Shown: piece by piece, positions 48,744 to 57,390 of the stretch
Layout: the number at the start of each line of letters is the position of its first letter
Position numbering within the stretch: position 1 is the first letter of the stretch
Source: an uncultured delta proteobacterium
Lineage (GTDB): Bacteria > Myxococcota_A > Polyangia > Polyangiales > Polyangiaceae
Assembly (NCBI GenBank): GCA_963850305.1
Contig: CAWKKR010000008.1
Coordinates: forward strand, 896,001 to 960,000
Direction of reading: 5' to 3'
DNA: 64,000 bases
Position numbers and translations under genes: made by a program
The notes under the pieces: generated by a model
Databases searched by the model: none
Seen by the model: the letters and a program-made list of their open reading frames with translations, nothing else
What the model was told of the DNA's origin: nothing

Positions 48744-49511
48744 GTGCTCCTCGTAGTCGACGTCGGCAATACGAACATCGTTTTCGGGGTCTTCAACGGC
48801 GGACGATTGTCGCAGACGTTCCGCGCCGAGACCGCGCGATCGCGGACCGCGGACGAGTACGGCGTGCTCGTCGGACAGATGCTCGCGTTCCGCGGGTTCG
48901 ACGCCAAAGGGATCGCGGCGGCCATTCTCGCGAGCGTGGTACCGCCGCTCACGGACGTGATGGTGGAAGCAATCCGGCATGCGTGCGCGCGCGAGGCGGT
49001 CGTCGTGGGACCCGGCACGAAGACCGGGATCTCGGTGAAGTACGAGAACCCGCGCGACGTTGGCGCGGATCGCATCGTAAATGCCGTGGCGGCGTTCGAG
49101 CGATTCCGGTCGGGCGTAATCGTCGTGGATTTCGGAACCGCGACGACCTTCGATTGCGTCTCGCCGAAGGCCGAGTACCTGGGCGGCGTGATCGTCCCGG
49201 GCGTCCAGGTCAGCCTCGACGGTTTGCTGGCGCGTGCGGCAAAGCTGAGCCGCATCGAGATTGCCGCGCCGCCGAAGATCGTGGGACGCAACACGACGCA
49301 CGCATTGCAGAGCGGCATCGTTCATGGCTACGCGGCGCTGGTCGACGGCCTCGTGGGAAAGCTGGAACGCGAGCTCGAGTTTCCTTGCCACGTCATCGCG
49401 ACCGGCGGGCTCGCAGGGCTCATCGCGCCGCATACGGAGCGGCTCAAGACCGTGGACGAGCATTTGACGCTCGAGGGGCTCCGCATCCTCCACGAGCGTA
49501 ACTCGAGCTGA
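48744..49511 (+). CDS. coaX: Type III pantothenate kinase
   Basis: VDVGNTN, VGADR, VDFGTATT, GGVIVPG and ATGG. Confidence 0.95.
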   Translation: MLLVVDVGNTNIVFGVFNGGRLSQTFRAETARSRTADEYGVLVGQMLAFRGFDAKGIAAAILASVVPPLTDVMVEAIRHACAREAVVVGPGTKTGISVKYENPRDVGADRIVNAVAAFERFRSGVIVVDFGTATTFDCVSPKAEYLGGVIVPGVQVSLDGLLARAAKLSRIEIAAPPKIVGRNTTHALQSGIVHGYAALVDGLVGKLERELEFPCHVIATGGLAGLIAPHTERLKTVDEHLTLEGLRILHERNSS

Positions 49512-49547
49512 GCTCGGGGGTGCGTGCCACGACGCGCGGCGAGGGAC

Positions 49548-50300
49548 TCACTTCTCGTAAACCTGCGCCGCAGCGAGACCCGAGCCATTCGCGACGGAAA
49601 GCACGACCTTGACCGGCGCGCTCATGGGGAGCGGCCACGCATAACAGTTGGGCTTGTGCCCGAGGACCGCCTGCGTCCCCGTGTCCGAGTCCTGCGCGAG
49701 GAGCGGCGGCATGCCCGGAATGGCAGTCGCGGCCTGGATCTCGAGGTTGACCTCCGAGACCGGCGGCAGCCCTGCTCCGACGATCGTGTAGCACTTGCCC
49801 GGCGAGAGCTGGAGCTGAGCTTCGAGGCTCTGACCCTGCTGAAAATTCCCGACCATGGGCGACCCGAGGGGCCGCGCTCCGGCCACGACCGCGCCAGTCG
49901 CGAGCTGGTCGAGAATGGCGACCGCCGCAGCCCCGGCGGACGGGTCGAGCTGTTGCGCCGCGCTGCCTGCCGGCGGCTCCGTCGTCGGAGACGGGCCTGG
50001 CGGCAGAGGTGGCAGTCCAGACGGCGATGGCAGAGGCGACTGCACCGAAGCGGAGGGCGGCGGTGCGCTCGGCGGAGGCAGCGCGCTCGGCGGCGCAGCC
50101 GCGGCTGAAACTGACGGCGAGGGTGCGGGCTGGGGAACGGAACTCGGCGGCGCCTGCTGCACTGGCTCACCCTCCGCGGGTTTCACCTGGACCTGTGCCG
50201 CGGCTGTCTCGGAATCCTGTCGGCTACCTCCGCAGGCGACGGATGCGCATGCGGCCAAGCCGACAAGTGCGCAGACCGTCTGTTTGAAACCAGCCGACAT
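49548..50300 (-). CDS. Pro-rich lipoprotein of unknown function
   Basis: Lipobox SVAC, Pro-rich linker and a beta-sandwich-like C-terminus (PGKCYT). Confidence 0.75.
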   Translation of the reverse strand: MSAGFKQTVCALVGLAACASVACGGSRQDSETAAAQVQVKPAEGEPVQQAPPSSVPQPAPSPSVSAAAAPPSALPPPSAPPPSASVQSPLPSPSGLPPLPPGPSPTTEPPAGSAAQQLDPSAGAAAVAILDQLATGAVVAGARPLGSPMVGNFQQGQSLEAQLQLSPGKCYTIVGAGLPPVSEVNLEIQAATAIPGMPPLLAQDSDTGTQAVLGHKPNCYAWPLPMSAPVKVVLSVANGSGLAAAQVYEK

Positions 50301-50396
50301 CTCGCTGCCCGTGATCAATCCTGGAGTTTTCGAATCAGGTCCGCCGAAAGCCTACGACGCGCCGCACGTGGGGGTAAAGGTGAGACACGCCCGCGC

Positions 50397-51437
50397 TCAC
50401 GGAACTCGAAGGGGCGTTCGAAAAAGGGAAGCTCTCATCGCCCAGGCGGCGCCGGCAGTCGACACCGTGAAAAGAGCGATCCACTGGGACGTGGAAAGAG
50501 GTCCGAGGAATCCGCGCTCCGGATCGCCCCGCACCGTCTCGAGAAGGAAGCGCAGCACGCCGTAGCCAATCATGTACGCGAAGAAGACCTGCCCGCGAAA
50601 GGTGGCACGCGGGCGGAGCCAGAGCAGAGCTCCGAGAAGAAGCGCTGCGCAGACGGACTCGTAGAGTTCCGTCGGGTGGACGGGCCGCGACGCGACCGCG
50701 TCGAGAGGCAACCCGCGATAAAGCACTTGATCGATCCACGCGGGGGCACCGGCACCCGCACCGGCAACGCCGTCGGGCCAGCGCGGAAAGGTGCCGAGAC
50801 GGGCGAGCCACCGAGGCGCGGAGGCCGAGAGCGGCACGCCGTAGTCGCAGCCGGCGAGATAACAGCCGATCCGGCCGAGCACGGAGCCCAGCGCGAGGGT
50901 GGGTGCCGCGACGTCGGCAAAGGCAAGCCAGGGGACGCGGCGCTTGCTCACGTACGCGAGCGCGCCCAGGAAGCCGCCCAGCACGCCCCCATAAAAGACG
51001 AGGCCGCCACTTCGGAACGCAATAACGTCCGAAAGCGAATGAAACTCGCCCAGGTTGGTCAGAACGTAGAGCAATCGCGCCCCGAGGATGCCCGATACGG
51101 CCGCGGTGAAATACGCGCTCCCCATGACGTCGCGCGGCCATCCGTCGCGCTCGCCGAGAGCAAGCGTGAGGGTCCATCCTCCCACGAGAGCGCCACACAG
51201 GGCGGCACCGAACCCGTAAATCGGAATCGGCCCGAAGCCGAAGGTCGTAGAACCGGCGCGAAACGTTTCGTAAACGGCAGCCAAAGCGATGCCCGCGCCG
51301 AGGATCGCCAGGTCGAGGGCGGCCGCCCGACGCCCGAGCACGAAAACCACGAGGCCAAGCAGGATGAAGGCCCAGGCCGCGTGAGCGACGGAAACGACTC
51401 CCTGGGGAACCGGAATACGAAAGAGCACCGGGTGCAC
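50397..51437 (-). CDS. lgt: Prolipoprotein diacylglyceryl transferase
   Basis: HPVLF, GARLLYV, GGLVFYGG, GRIGCYLAGC, HPTELYE and RFLLE. Confidence 0.9.
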   Translation of the reverse strand: MHPVLFRIPVPQGVVSVAHAAWAFILLGLVVFVLGRRAAALDLAILGAGIALAAVYETFRAGSTTFGFGPIPIYGFGAALCGALVGGWTLTLALGERDGWPRDVMGSAYFTAAVSGILGARLLYVLTNLGEFHSLSDVIAFRSGGLVFYGGVLGGFLGALAYVSKRRVPWLAFADVAAPTLALGSVLGRIGCYLAGCDYGVPLSASAPRWLARLGTFPRWPDGVAGAGAGAPAWIDQVLYRGLPLDAVASRPVHPTELYESVCAALLLGALLWLRPRATFRGQVFFAYMIGYGVLRFLLETVRGDPERGFLGPLSTSQWIALFTVSTAGAAWAMRASLFRTPLRVP

Positions 51438-51525
51438 GCCGGACGAACGCCTACCCCTCTCTCGTGCCCACGTCGACCACGGTCGTACGGATGGCTCCGG
51501 CGCCGAAGGAGAAGCGCCCCGAGAG

Positions 51526-52332
51526 GTGCTAGCATGCGCGGTCGTGCGGCCCTGTGCGTGGCTCCTCTTGCTGTCGTTGCTCGCACCGGGTTGCGTCCCG
51601 GATGATCCCCCGAACCAGACACGACCCGGCGCGCCCGCGACCGCATTTCCGGGAGCGAGCTGGCGCCGCCCGCGGACGGTCCCGAGCGTCGTGCGGCCCG
51701 GGGTACCGAGGGCTTTGACCAGCGTGGACCTGAACGAACCGATGCTCGTCGCGCCCTTCGTGGACAGATTCGACCGGGCGGTCCTTGGCGCCGACTGGCG
51801 AGCGACCACGCCGGGTTGGCGCATCGAAAATGGCCGGGTCTGCGTCGAGCACGCGAAAAATCACCCTCTCTGGCTGCGGAAGCGGATCCCCGCCAACGCG
51901 CGGATCGAGTTCGACGCCGTGAGCTCGAGCGAGGATGGGGACATCAAGGCCGAGTACTGGGGCGACGGGTACAGTGCAGCCGACGCCGTGAGCTACCGCG
52001 ACGCGACGAGCTATCTGACGATCTTCGGCGGCTGGAAGAACAGCTTTCACGTGCTCGCTCGCATGGACGAGCACGCGCCAGGGCGCCCCGAGGTGCGCAT
52101 CGACGACGACTCCAACGACATCCGTGCTCGAAAGGTTCAGCCGAACCGGACGTATCATTTCCGTGTGACACGCGAAGACGGGCGGACCGTGCGCTGGCTC
52201 GTGGACGACGTGGAGATACTGACATACCCGGATCCCGAACCCCTGAGCGGCCGCGGCCACGACCATTTTGGCTTCAACGACTGGGACGTTCACGTGTGCT
52301 TCGACAACCTGACGGTCGCCCCCCTTCCGTAG
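51526..52332 (+). CDS. Lipoprotein with ConA-like beta-sandwich
   Basis: Lipobox LAPGC, NHPLWL, GDIK, FGGWKN and FDNL. Start is uncertain. Confidence 0.7.
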   Translation: MLACAVVRPCAWLLLLSLLAPGCVPDDPPNQTRPGAPATAFPGASWRRPRTVPSVVRPGVPRALTSVDLNEPMLVAPFVDRFDRAVLGADWRATTPGWRIENGRVCVEHAKNHPLWLRKRIPANARIEFDAVSSSEDGDIKAEYWGDGYSAADAVSYRDATSYLTIFGGWKNSFHVLARMDEHAPGRPEVRIDDDSNDIRARKVQPNRTYHFRVTREDGRTVRWLVDDVEILTYPDPEPLSGRGHDHFGFNDWDVHVCFDNLTVAPLP

Positions 52333-52348
52333 CCGAGAGACGACGGCA

Positions 52349-53497
52349 GTGCAGCCCGAGGAGATCGACATCGCACTCGACGAGCTCGAAAACCGGCTCG
52401 ACCGGTTGCGTTCGCTCTACGAGCAGTACTTCCTGGGCATCGAAAAGATCGAGCCCTCCGTCGCGCGCAAGGACGTCGATCGACGCTTCTGGATATTGCG
52501 CCGTGTACAGATCCGGAACACGGCGCGCCGGTTTCGGCTCCAGAACATCGTCCAGCGCTACAACACGTTTCAGCAATACTGGACCCGCATCTGCCGCGAG
52601 ATCGAGAACGGGACGTACGTCCGTCATCTCCTCAAGGCGCAGAAGAATCTCGGCGCTGAACCGCAAACCTGGGCGGCCAAGAAGCGTCTCGGGCTGTTCC
52701 GCCGAGGCGCGACGGACGCTGCGGGTCCCGAGGGCGCTGCCGCCAAGGCCGATGATTCCGATCTCGGGGGCTTGCTCGACTCGGGGGCGGACCTGGATCG
52801 CGAGGCGGAGCACGCCGCCGCGGACGCCGTTGCGAGCTTGGCTCGCATGGAGCAGCCGCGTCCGCCAGCGGGGCCGGCGCGAAGGATCGCGGACCTCGGC
52901 CTGCTCGATCTGGACTTCGACGATGGCCTCGTGGCGGGACCAGCGCCCGTCAAGGTGGCTCCGAAGCTTGCGCTGCCTCTCCCGGCGACGGCGCGCGGCG
53001 CCGCGAGCACGGCAGGCGCCGCAACCCCGAAGGCCGCTACGGGTCCGATCGCCGCGCAGTTTGCGGCTCAGCAAAGTTCCAACGGCGCGTTGATACGCCC
53101 TGCCGCGCCGGCCAACCCGCCAGCACCCCCGGAGCGTCCAGCAACGCCGGCCGCGCCCCAGGCGGCCCGGGCGGCCGTGCCCTTGGGAGATCTGCGCGAT
53201 GCCTGGAATCGACTCGAGCAGCAAGCACCCGGGCCCACCGCCGGCCCGAGAGGGCTCCACGTCGGCGGCGTCGCGGGCACCCAGCTCAGCGATGCCCGAC
53301 TCAAGGAGCTTCACGCCGAGCTCGTCGCGACCCGACGCAAGCTCAATCAGACGGACAACGTCTCGCTCGATTCACTCGCCAGGAGTCTGCGGGACACGGA
53401 GTCCAAGCTCCTGACCCAGCACCGCGGCCGGTCCGTGGACTTTCATGTTGTCGTCAAGGACGGAAAACCGGTCGTGAAGCCGGTCGTCCGCAAGTAG
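52349..53497 (+). CDS. Myxobacterial conserved protein (MXAN_5187 C-terminal-domain-like)
   Basis: LYEQYFLGIEKIEP, W.RICREIENGTY and C-terminal VDFHVVVKDGKPVVKP. Family name recalled from memory. Confidence 0.7.
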   Translation: MQPEEIDIALDELENRLDRLRSLYEQYFLGIEKIEPSVARKDVDRRFWILRRVQIRNTARRFRLQNIVQRYNTFQQYWTRICREIENGTYVRHLLKAQKNLGAEPQTWAAKKRLGLFRRGATDAAGPEGAAAKADDSDLGGLLDSGADLDREAEHAAADAVASLARMEQPRPPAGPARRIADLGLLDLDFDDGLVAGPAPVKVAPKLALPLPATARGAASTAGAATPKAATGPIAAQFAAQQSSNGALIRPAAPANPPAPPERPATPAAPQAARAAVPLGDLRDAWNRLEQQAPGPTAGPRGLHVGGVAGTQLSDARLKELHAELVATRRKLNQTDNVSLDSLARSLRDTESKLLTQHRGRSVDFHVVVKDGKPVVKPVVRK

Positions 53498-53584
53498 GGC
53501 GCCAGCGCGCCGAAAACCACGTGTGCGGAGCGCGCCTGCGAGCCTATCGAACCTCGGACGCGGCCCGTCCTTGGGGCAGCCAAG

Positions 53585-53858
53585 CTAGGCGGTGGTTCGG
53601 GCGCCGCGCTCGGACGCGACCGGGTTCGCGCGCTGCTCCACGAGGACCTCGCCCTCGCAGAAGAGAATCGCGCACGAGCTTCGTTGCCCTTCGCGGAGGC
53701 GGCCGCAGAGGTCCGCCAGATCGGCGTCGGAATCCACCACGTCTCCCTCGACGGGCTGCATGCTGGACTCGTCGTAGCGACAATTGTCCAGGGCGACCCA
53801 CAGACCCTTGAACTCCCCGGATCGACAGAATCTGAGGCCAAGTGACCCGATTCGTCAT
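53585..53858 (-). pseudogene. About 90-aa Cys-containing hypothetical protein with a +1 frameshift, not recovered as a full-length ORF in the track
   Basis: MTNRVTWPQILSIR, one extra G in the run at 53815-53818, then EFKGLWVALDNCRYD...DLADLCGRLRE...CAILFC...*. The length of 274 nt equals 91 codons plus 1. Confidence 0.75.
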
Positions 53859-54057
53859 ATCGTTGTCATTCCTTGGTCGCGGAGCACGTGCCTCGGTGGG
53901 AATTACCGGCATGCGAAAGGGGTTACTCCAAAGCGACCGACAGGGCCGATTTATGCGCGGCTGATTCGCCGCGTCAAGCGGCCGCTGTGTCGAACAAGGT
54001 ACGACATTCGCCTACCAGGCCGCGTCCAACCCTCCATTCAATCTCTAACCATTCGAT

Positions 54058-55755
54058 TTATTTGCAGGTTTCCAGTACCCTTGCGAACGCTCGCTCGCTG
54101 ACTCCCATCGCTCGACCAGCAGCGGCAATTTCGCGGGCCTGCCTGCAGGATCCGTTGAATGCCGCTGTTTTCGCAGCTCCCACCGCGCTGCCTTGAACGA
54201 GGCTCGCGCATTCCGTCTTCTTCTCCGGTTCATTGCAGCTGCGGAAGGCGAACGCCGCGCCGGGATAGTTTCCAGCTCGCGCGGCACTCAGGCACGCGGC
54301 GCATCCCGTCGCCATCGCCGGGGCCTTCTCCCGCTCGACCGATCCATGATGAGGCTCCTCCGCGTGTGCGGGCGGATTCACCACTGCTTGCTTCTCGGGC
54401 GGGCCCTGATCGGGCGCCGCGGGCGGCGCTTGAACCGGGGGGGCGATACCCGCGGATAGCGACGCCGCCTCGGACGACGCAATTGTCGGGGGGGAGCCCG
54501 TCTTCGGCCTGGTGAGAGCTACGACGGCGCCAACCGTCAGGATCCCCGCCGTGACTGCAAGGCCGACAATCAATGCCTTGCCTCGACCCGAAGCCGGAGC
54601 CGGCGATTCCGGAGTGGCCGCCATTCCGGAGACCGGCGACGCCGAAGTCGGCAAGATGGGCGAGCCGCCCGCCGGAAAGATGGGCGGAGTCATCCCGTTC
54701 GGCATTGCAGGCCCCACGGCCGGAGCACCGAGTGACGGGGGCGCCGACATGGCCGCCGTCTGTGCCGGTACGGCGAGAACGGGCCCGGTGCCCGTCATCG
54801 TCCCGTCCCCGGCGAGTTCATCTGCAAACTGCTGCGCCGAGCTCTGCCGGTCCTCCTTTGCCTTCGACAAGGCGCGGAGGACCGTCGCGCGCATCGAAGG
54901 CGGCACCTCGGTCGCCTCCGGCGTGGCCTCGAACGGGATGGGCTGCGCCGTCATGTGCTCCGTTGCCCATTGCCAGGGCGTATCCGCGTTGAAGGGGAGG
55001 CGGCCCGTGAGCATCTCGTAAGTCATCACCCCCAGCGAGTAGAGGTCGCTCCGCCCGTCGAGGGGTTTGCCGCTGAACTGCTCGGGACTCATGTACGGCG
55101 GCGTGCCCAGCACCATCCCCTGTTGCGTAAGCTTCTGCTCGTGACGTGCGTCCGCGGATTCCGTCCGCGCCGCGATCCCGAAGTCGAGAAGCTTGACGAC
55201 GTCCTTTTCGCCTGCGCGCTGCGTGATGACGACGTTGTCGGGCTTGAGATCGCGATGGATGACACCCTGGGCATGCGCCTCGTCGAGTGATCCGGCGATC
55301 TGCCGGATGATGCGGAGGACGTGCCCTGGGCGGAGCCTCTTCGACTCCTCGATGAGCTTGCTGAGCGGTTGGCCGGCGACGAACTCCATCGCGATATAGA
55401 GGGTGCCGTCCGCGGTGGCGCCGAAGTCGTAGACCTTGATCGTGTTCGGGTGCTCGAGCTGCGCGATGGTGCCGCATTCTCGATTGAAGCGCTGGCTCAC
55501 CGAAGGATCCCTCGAGAGATGCGCGTGTAGCGTCTTCAACGCCACCTTGCGCGTCGCGCTGCCCATGTTCTGTTCGGCCTCGTACACGACCCCCATGCCC
55601 CCTTCGCCCAGCACCCGCCTGACGTGATATCGGGCGCCGACGACCTGACCGACCAGCGTGTTTTCGACCGGAAGCACCGCGGCGACGTTGGCGCCGCACG
55701 CCGCGCAGAACCGCGCACCCTCCACGTTCTCACTGCCACACGTGTTGCACTTCAT
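54058..55755 (-). CDS. Hanks-type Ser/Thr protein kinase with zinc ribbon and TM
   Basis: GEGGMGVVY, VALK, HRDLKPDN, DFG and GTPPYMSPEQ. N-terminal CxxC..CxxC and a Cys-containing C-terminus. Confidence 0.95.
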   Translation of the reverse strand: MKCNTCGSENVEGARFCAACGANVAAVLPVENTLVGQVVGARYHVRRVLGEGGMGVVYEAEQNMGSATRKVALKTLHAHLSRDPSVSQRFNRECGTIAQLEHPNTIKVYDFGATADGTLYIAMEFVAGQPLSKLIEESKRLRPGHVLRIIRQIAGSLDEAHAQGVIHRDLKPDNVVITQRAGEKDVVKLLDFGIAARTESADARHEQKLTQQGMVLGTPPYMSPEQFSGKPLDGRSDLYSLGVMTYEMLTGRLPFNADTPWQWATEHMTAQPIPFEATPEATEVPPSMRATVLRALSKAKEDRQSSAQQFADELAGDGTMTGTGPVLAVPAQTAAMSAPPSLGAPAVGPAMPNGMTPPIFPAGGSPILPTSASPVSGMAATPESPAPASGRGKALIVGLAVTAGILTVGAVVALTRPKTGSPPTIASSEAASLSAGIAPPVQAPPAAPDQGPPEKQAVVNPPAHAEEPHHGSVEREKAPAMATGCAACLSAARAGNYPGAAFAFRSCNEPEKKTECASLVQGSAVGAAKTAAFNGSCRQAREIAAAGRAMGVSERAFARVLETCK

Positions 55756-55832
55756 CGGTTCCCTGTCCACGACGCCTCGAAAGCTGGCGGCATCGTACCG
55801 CCATAGCGCATCATGCGCCGAATCGCATCGAG

Positions 55833-56465
55833 TCACTCTCCGGAGCGTGCCTTCGCGACCGGCGGCCACTCCAGCGGAAAGACTTCACGGGTGAGACGGT
55901 CGACGAGGACGGCGCTGGTTGCGCGATCGCTGTCCGGGACCTCCACGCGCTGGGTCGTCTGCACTCCGGGACCGAAGAGCGGCGCGTCGTGAAGCGGACG
56001 ACGAGACCCGCTCGGCGGCGCTTCGTCCGCGAGCAAGGGAAAGTCGAATCTCACCCGATCGACGAGCTCCTTTCCCACCCGCAACTCCACCGCGAAACGA
56101 CCGACACGGCGCGCGGTCGGTGTTGGCCTGCGCAGATGAACGGCCTTCACCGCTGCCACGGTCAGGGCACCCCTGTCGTAGCGGAACGTGAATTCCCACT
56201 TTTGTGACGTCACGAGCGGCGCGGGATCAGGAAGGGCTCCGCCCTCGGCGGGCGGCGCGCCCGACACGAGACCCGCCGCGCTCGGCGACTCTTCGGGAGC
56301 AGGCGGCGCAGGGCCCGCGTCGGCTTCGTGATTCTCCTGGTGACCCTCGGCGAAGGCAACCGGCACGACCACCGAGGGGCCGCCCGTGCCGCTCGCTGCG
56401 TAGCGAGCCGAGCCGCAAGACGAGGCGACGAGCGCGAGAATCCCGGCGAACGCGACGCGGCGCAT
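55833..56465 (-). CDS. Hypothetical lipoprotein
   Basis: Lipobox VASSC and GRFAVEL...RVRFDFPLL. Confidence 0.7.
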   Translation of the reverse strand: MRRVAFAGILALVASSCGSARYAASGTGGPSVVVPVAFAEGHQENHEADAGPAPPAPEESPSAAGLVSGAPPAEGGALPDPAPLVTSQKWEFTFRYDRGALTVAAVKAVHLRRPTPTARRVGRFAVELRVGKELVDRVRFDFPLLADEAPPSGSRRPLHDAPLFGPGVQTTQRVEVPDSDRATSAVLVDRLTREVFPLEWPPVAKARSGE

Positions 56466-56487
56466 GCGACGGTCCTTTGCATGCGGA

Positions 56488-57390
56488 TCACAGCGCGTCC
56501 AGCACCGGAGCGTCGACGTCTCCGGAGCGACCGCCGAGGGCCACCCAGAGCGACACCAGGTCCTCCGGGATCTCTGCCGTGACGGTCCACTCCTTCCGTC
56601 CTCCGATCGTCACGTCGATCTGGCGTGCGTGCAACGCGACCCTCGGGATCGCGAGCACCCGACCGTCGCTGAGCACGACGCGACGCGAACCTCCGTGCTC
56701 CGCGTCTCCAAGGAGCGGAGTCCCCGCGGCTCCGGCGTGAATGCGGATCTGATGTGTTCGTCCCGTGACCGGCGAGATCCCCAGGAGCACCCCGGAGGAC
56801 GCAAGCGCCAGTACCCGGTAGCGAGACTCGGCGCGTTGCGCTTCCGGACCACCCGCCACTGGTCGCCCGCGGACCCGACCAATGGGAGTATCCCACGCCC
56901 CTTCCGCAGGCTCCGGTGCCACGGCCGTCAACCCCACGTAGCGGCGCAAGATGTTGGCTCCAGCCTTCAGGGCCGCCGCGCGGCGTTTCGCCTCGGGGCC
57001 CGACGCCACCACGACGATACCGCTCACCTGCGCGTCGAGCCGCGTGACCGCGTGGAGCATCGTGCGGGCAACGCCGAGCGTCGCGGACGTCAGCTCGAGA
57101 AGCGACACCCTCCCTTGCCGATCCGGCTCTGTCGAGAGGTTCGCTGGCTTCGACACGGCGTACAGCCCCTGCCACTCGGACAGGATCTCGACGTCGGGCG
57201 CGGTCGAGGCTTGCTTTCCGTGCACCACCACTTCGTCGCCGGGCCGCACGGGTTGCGCGGCATCGAGGACGCGCTTCCTGCCCTGAAACACCCTGCCGTC
57301 GCCAACCGCCGTCTCGGGTTCGCCCAGTTCTCGGAGTACGTCGCTGACACGCTCCGGCCCTCCGGCGCTGACGAAGAACCGGGTGCTCAC
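56488..57390 (-). CDS. RluA-family RNA pseudouridine synthase
   Basis: SKPA, TRLDAQVSG (catalytic Asp), TGRTHQIR, LLGD and LHA. Confidence 0.88.
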   Translation of the reverse strand: MSTRFFVSAGGPERVSDVLRELGEPETAVGDGRVFQGRKRVLDAAQPVRPGDEVVVHGKQASTAPDVEILSEWQGLYAVSKPANLSTEPDRQGRVSLLELTSATLGVARTMLHAVTRLDAQVSGIVVVASGPEAKRRAAALKAGANILRRYVGLTAVAPEPAEGAWDTPIGRVRGRPVAGGPEAQRAESRYRVLALASSGVLLGISPVTGRTHQIRIHAGAAGTPLLGDAEHGGSRRVVLSDGRVLAIPRVALHARQIDVTIGGRKEWTVTAEIPEDLVSLWVALGGRSGDVDAPVLDAL

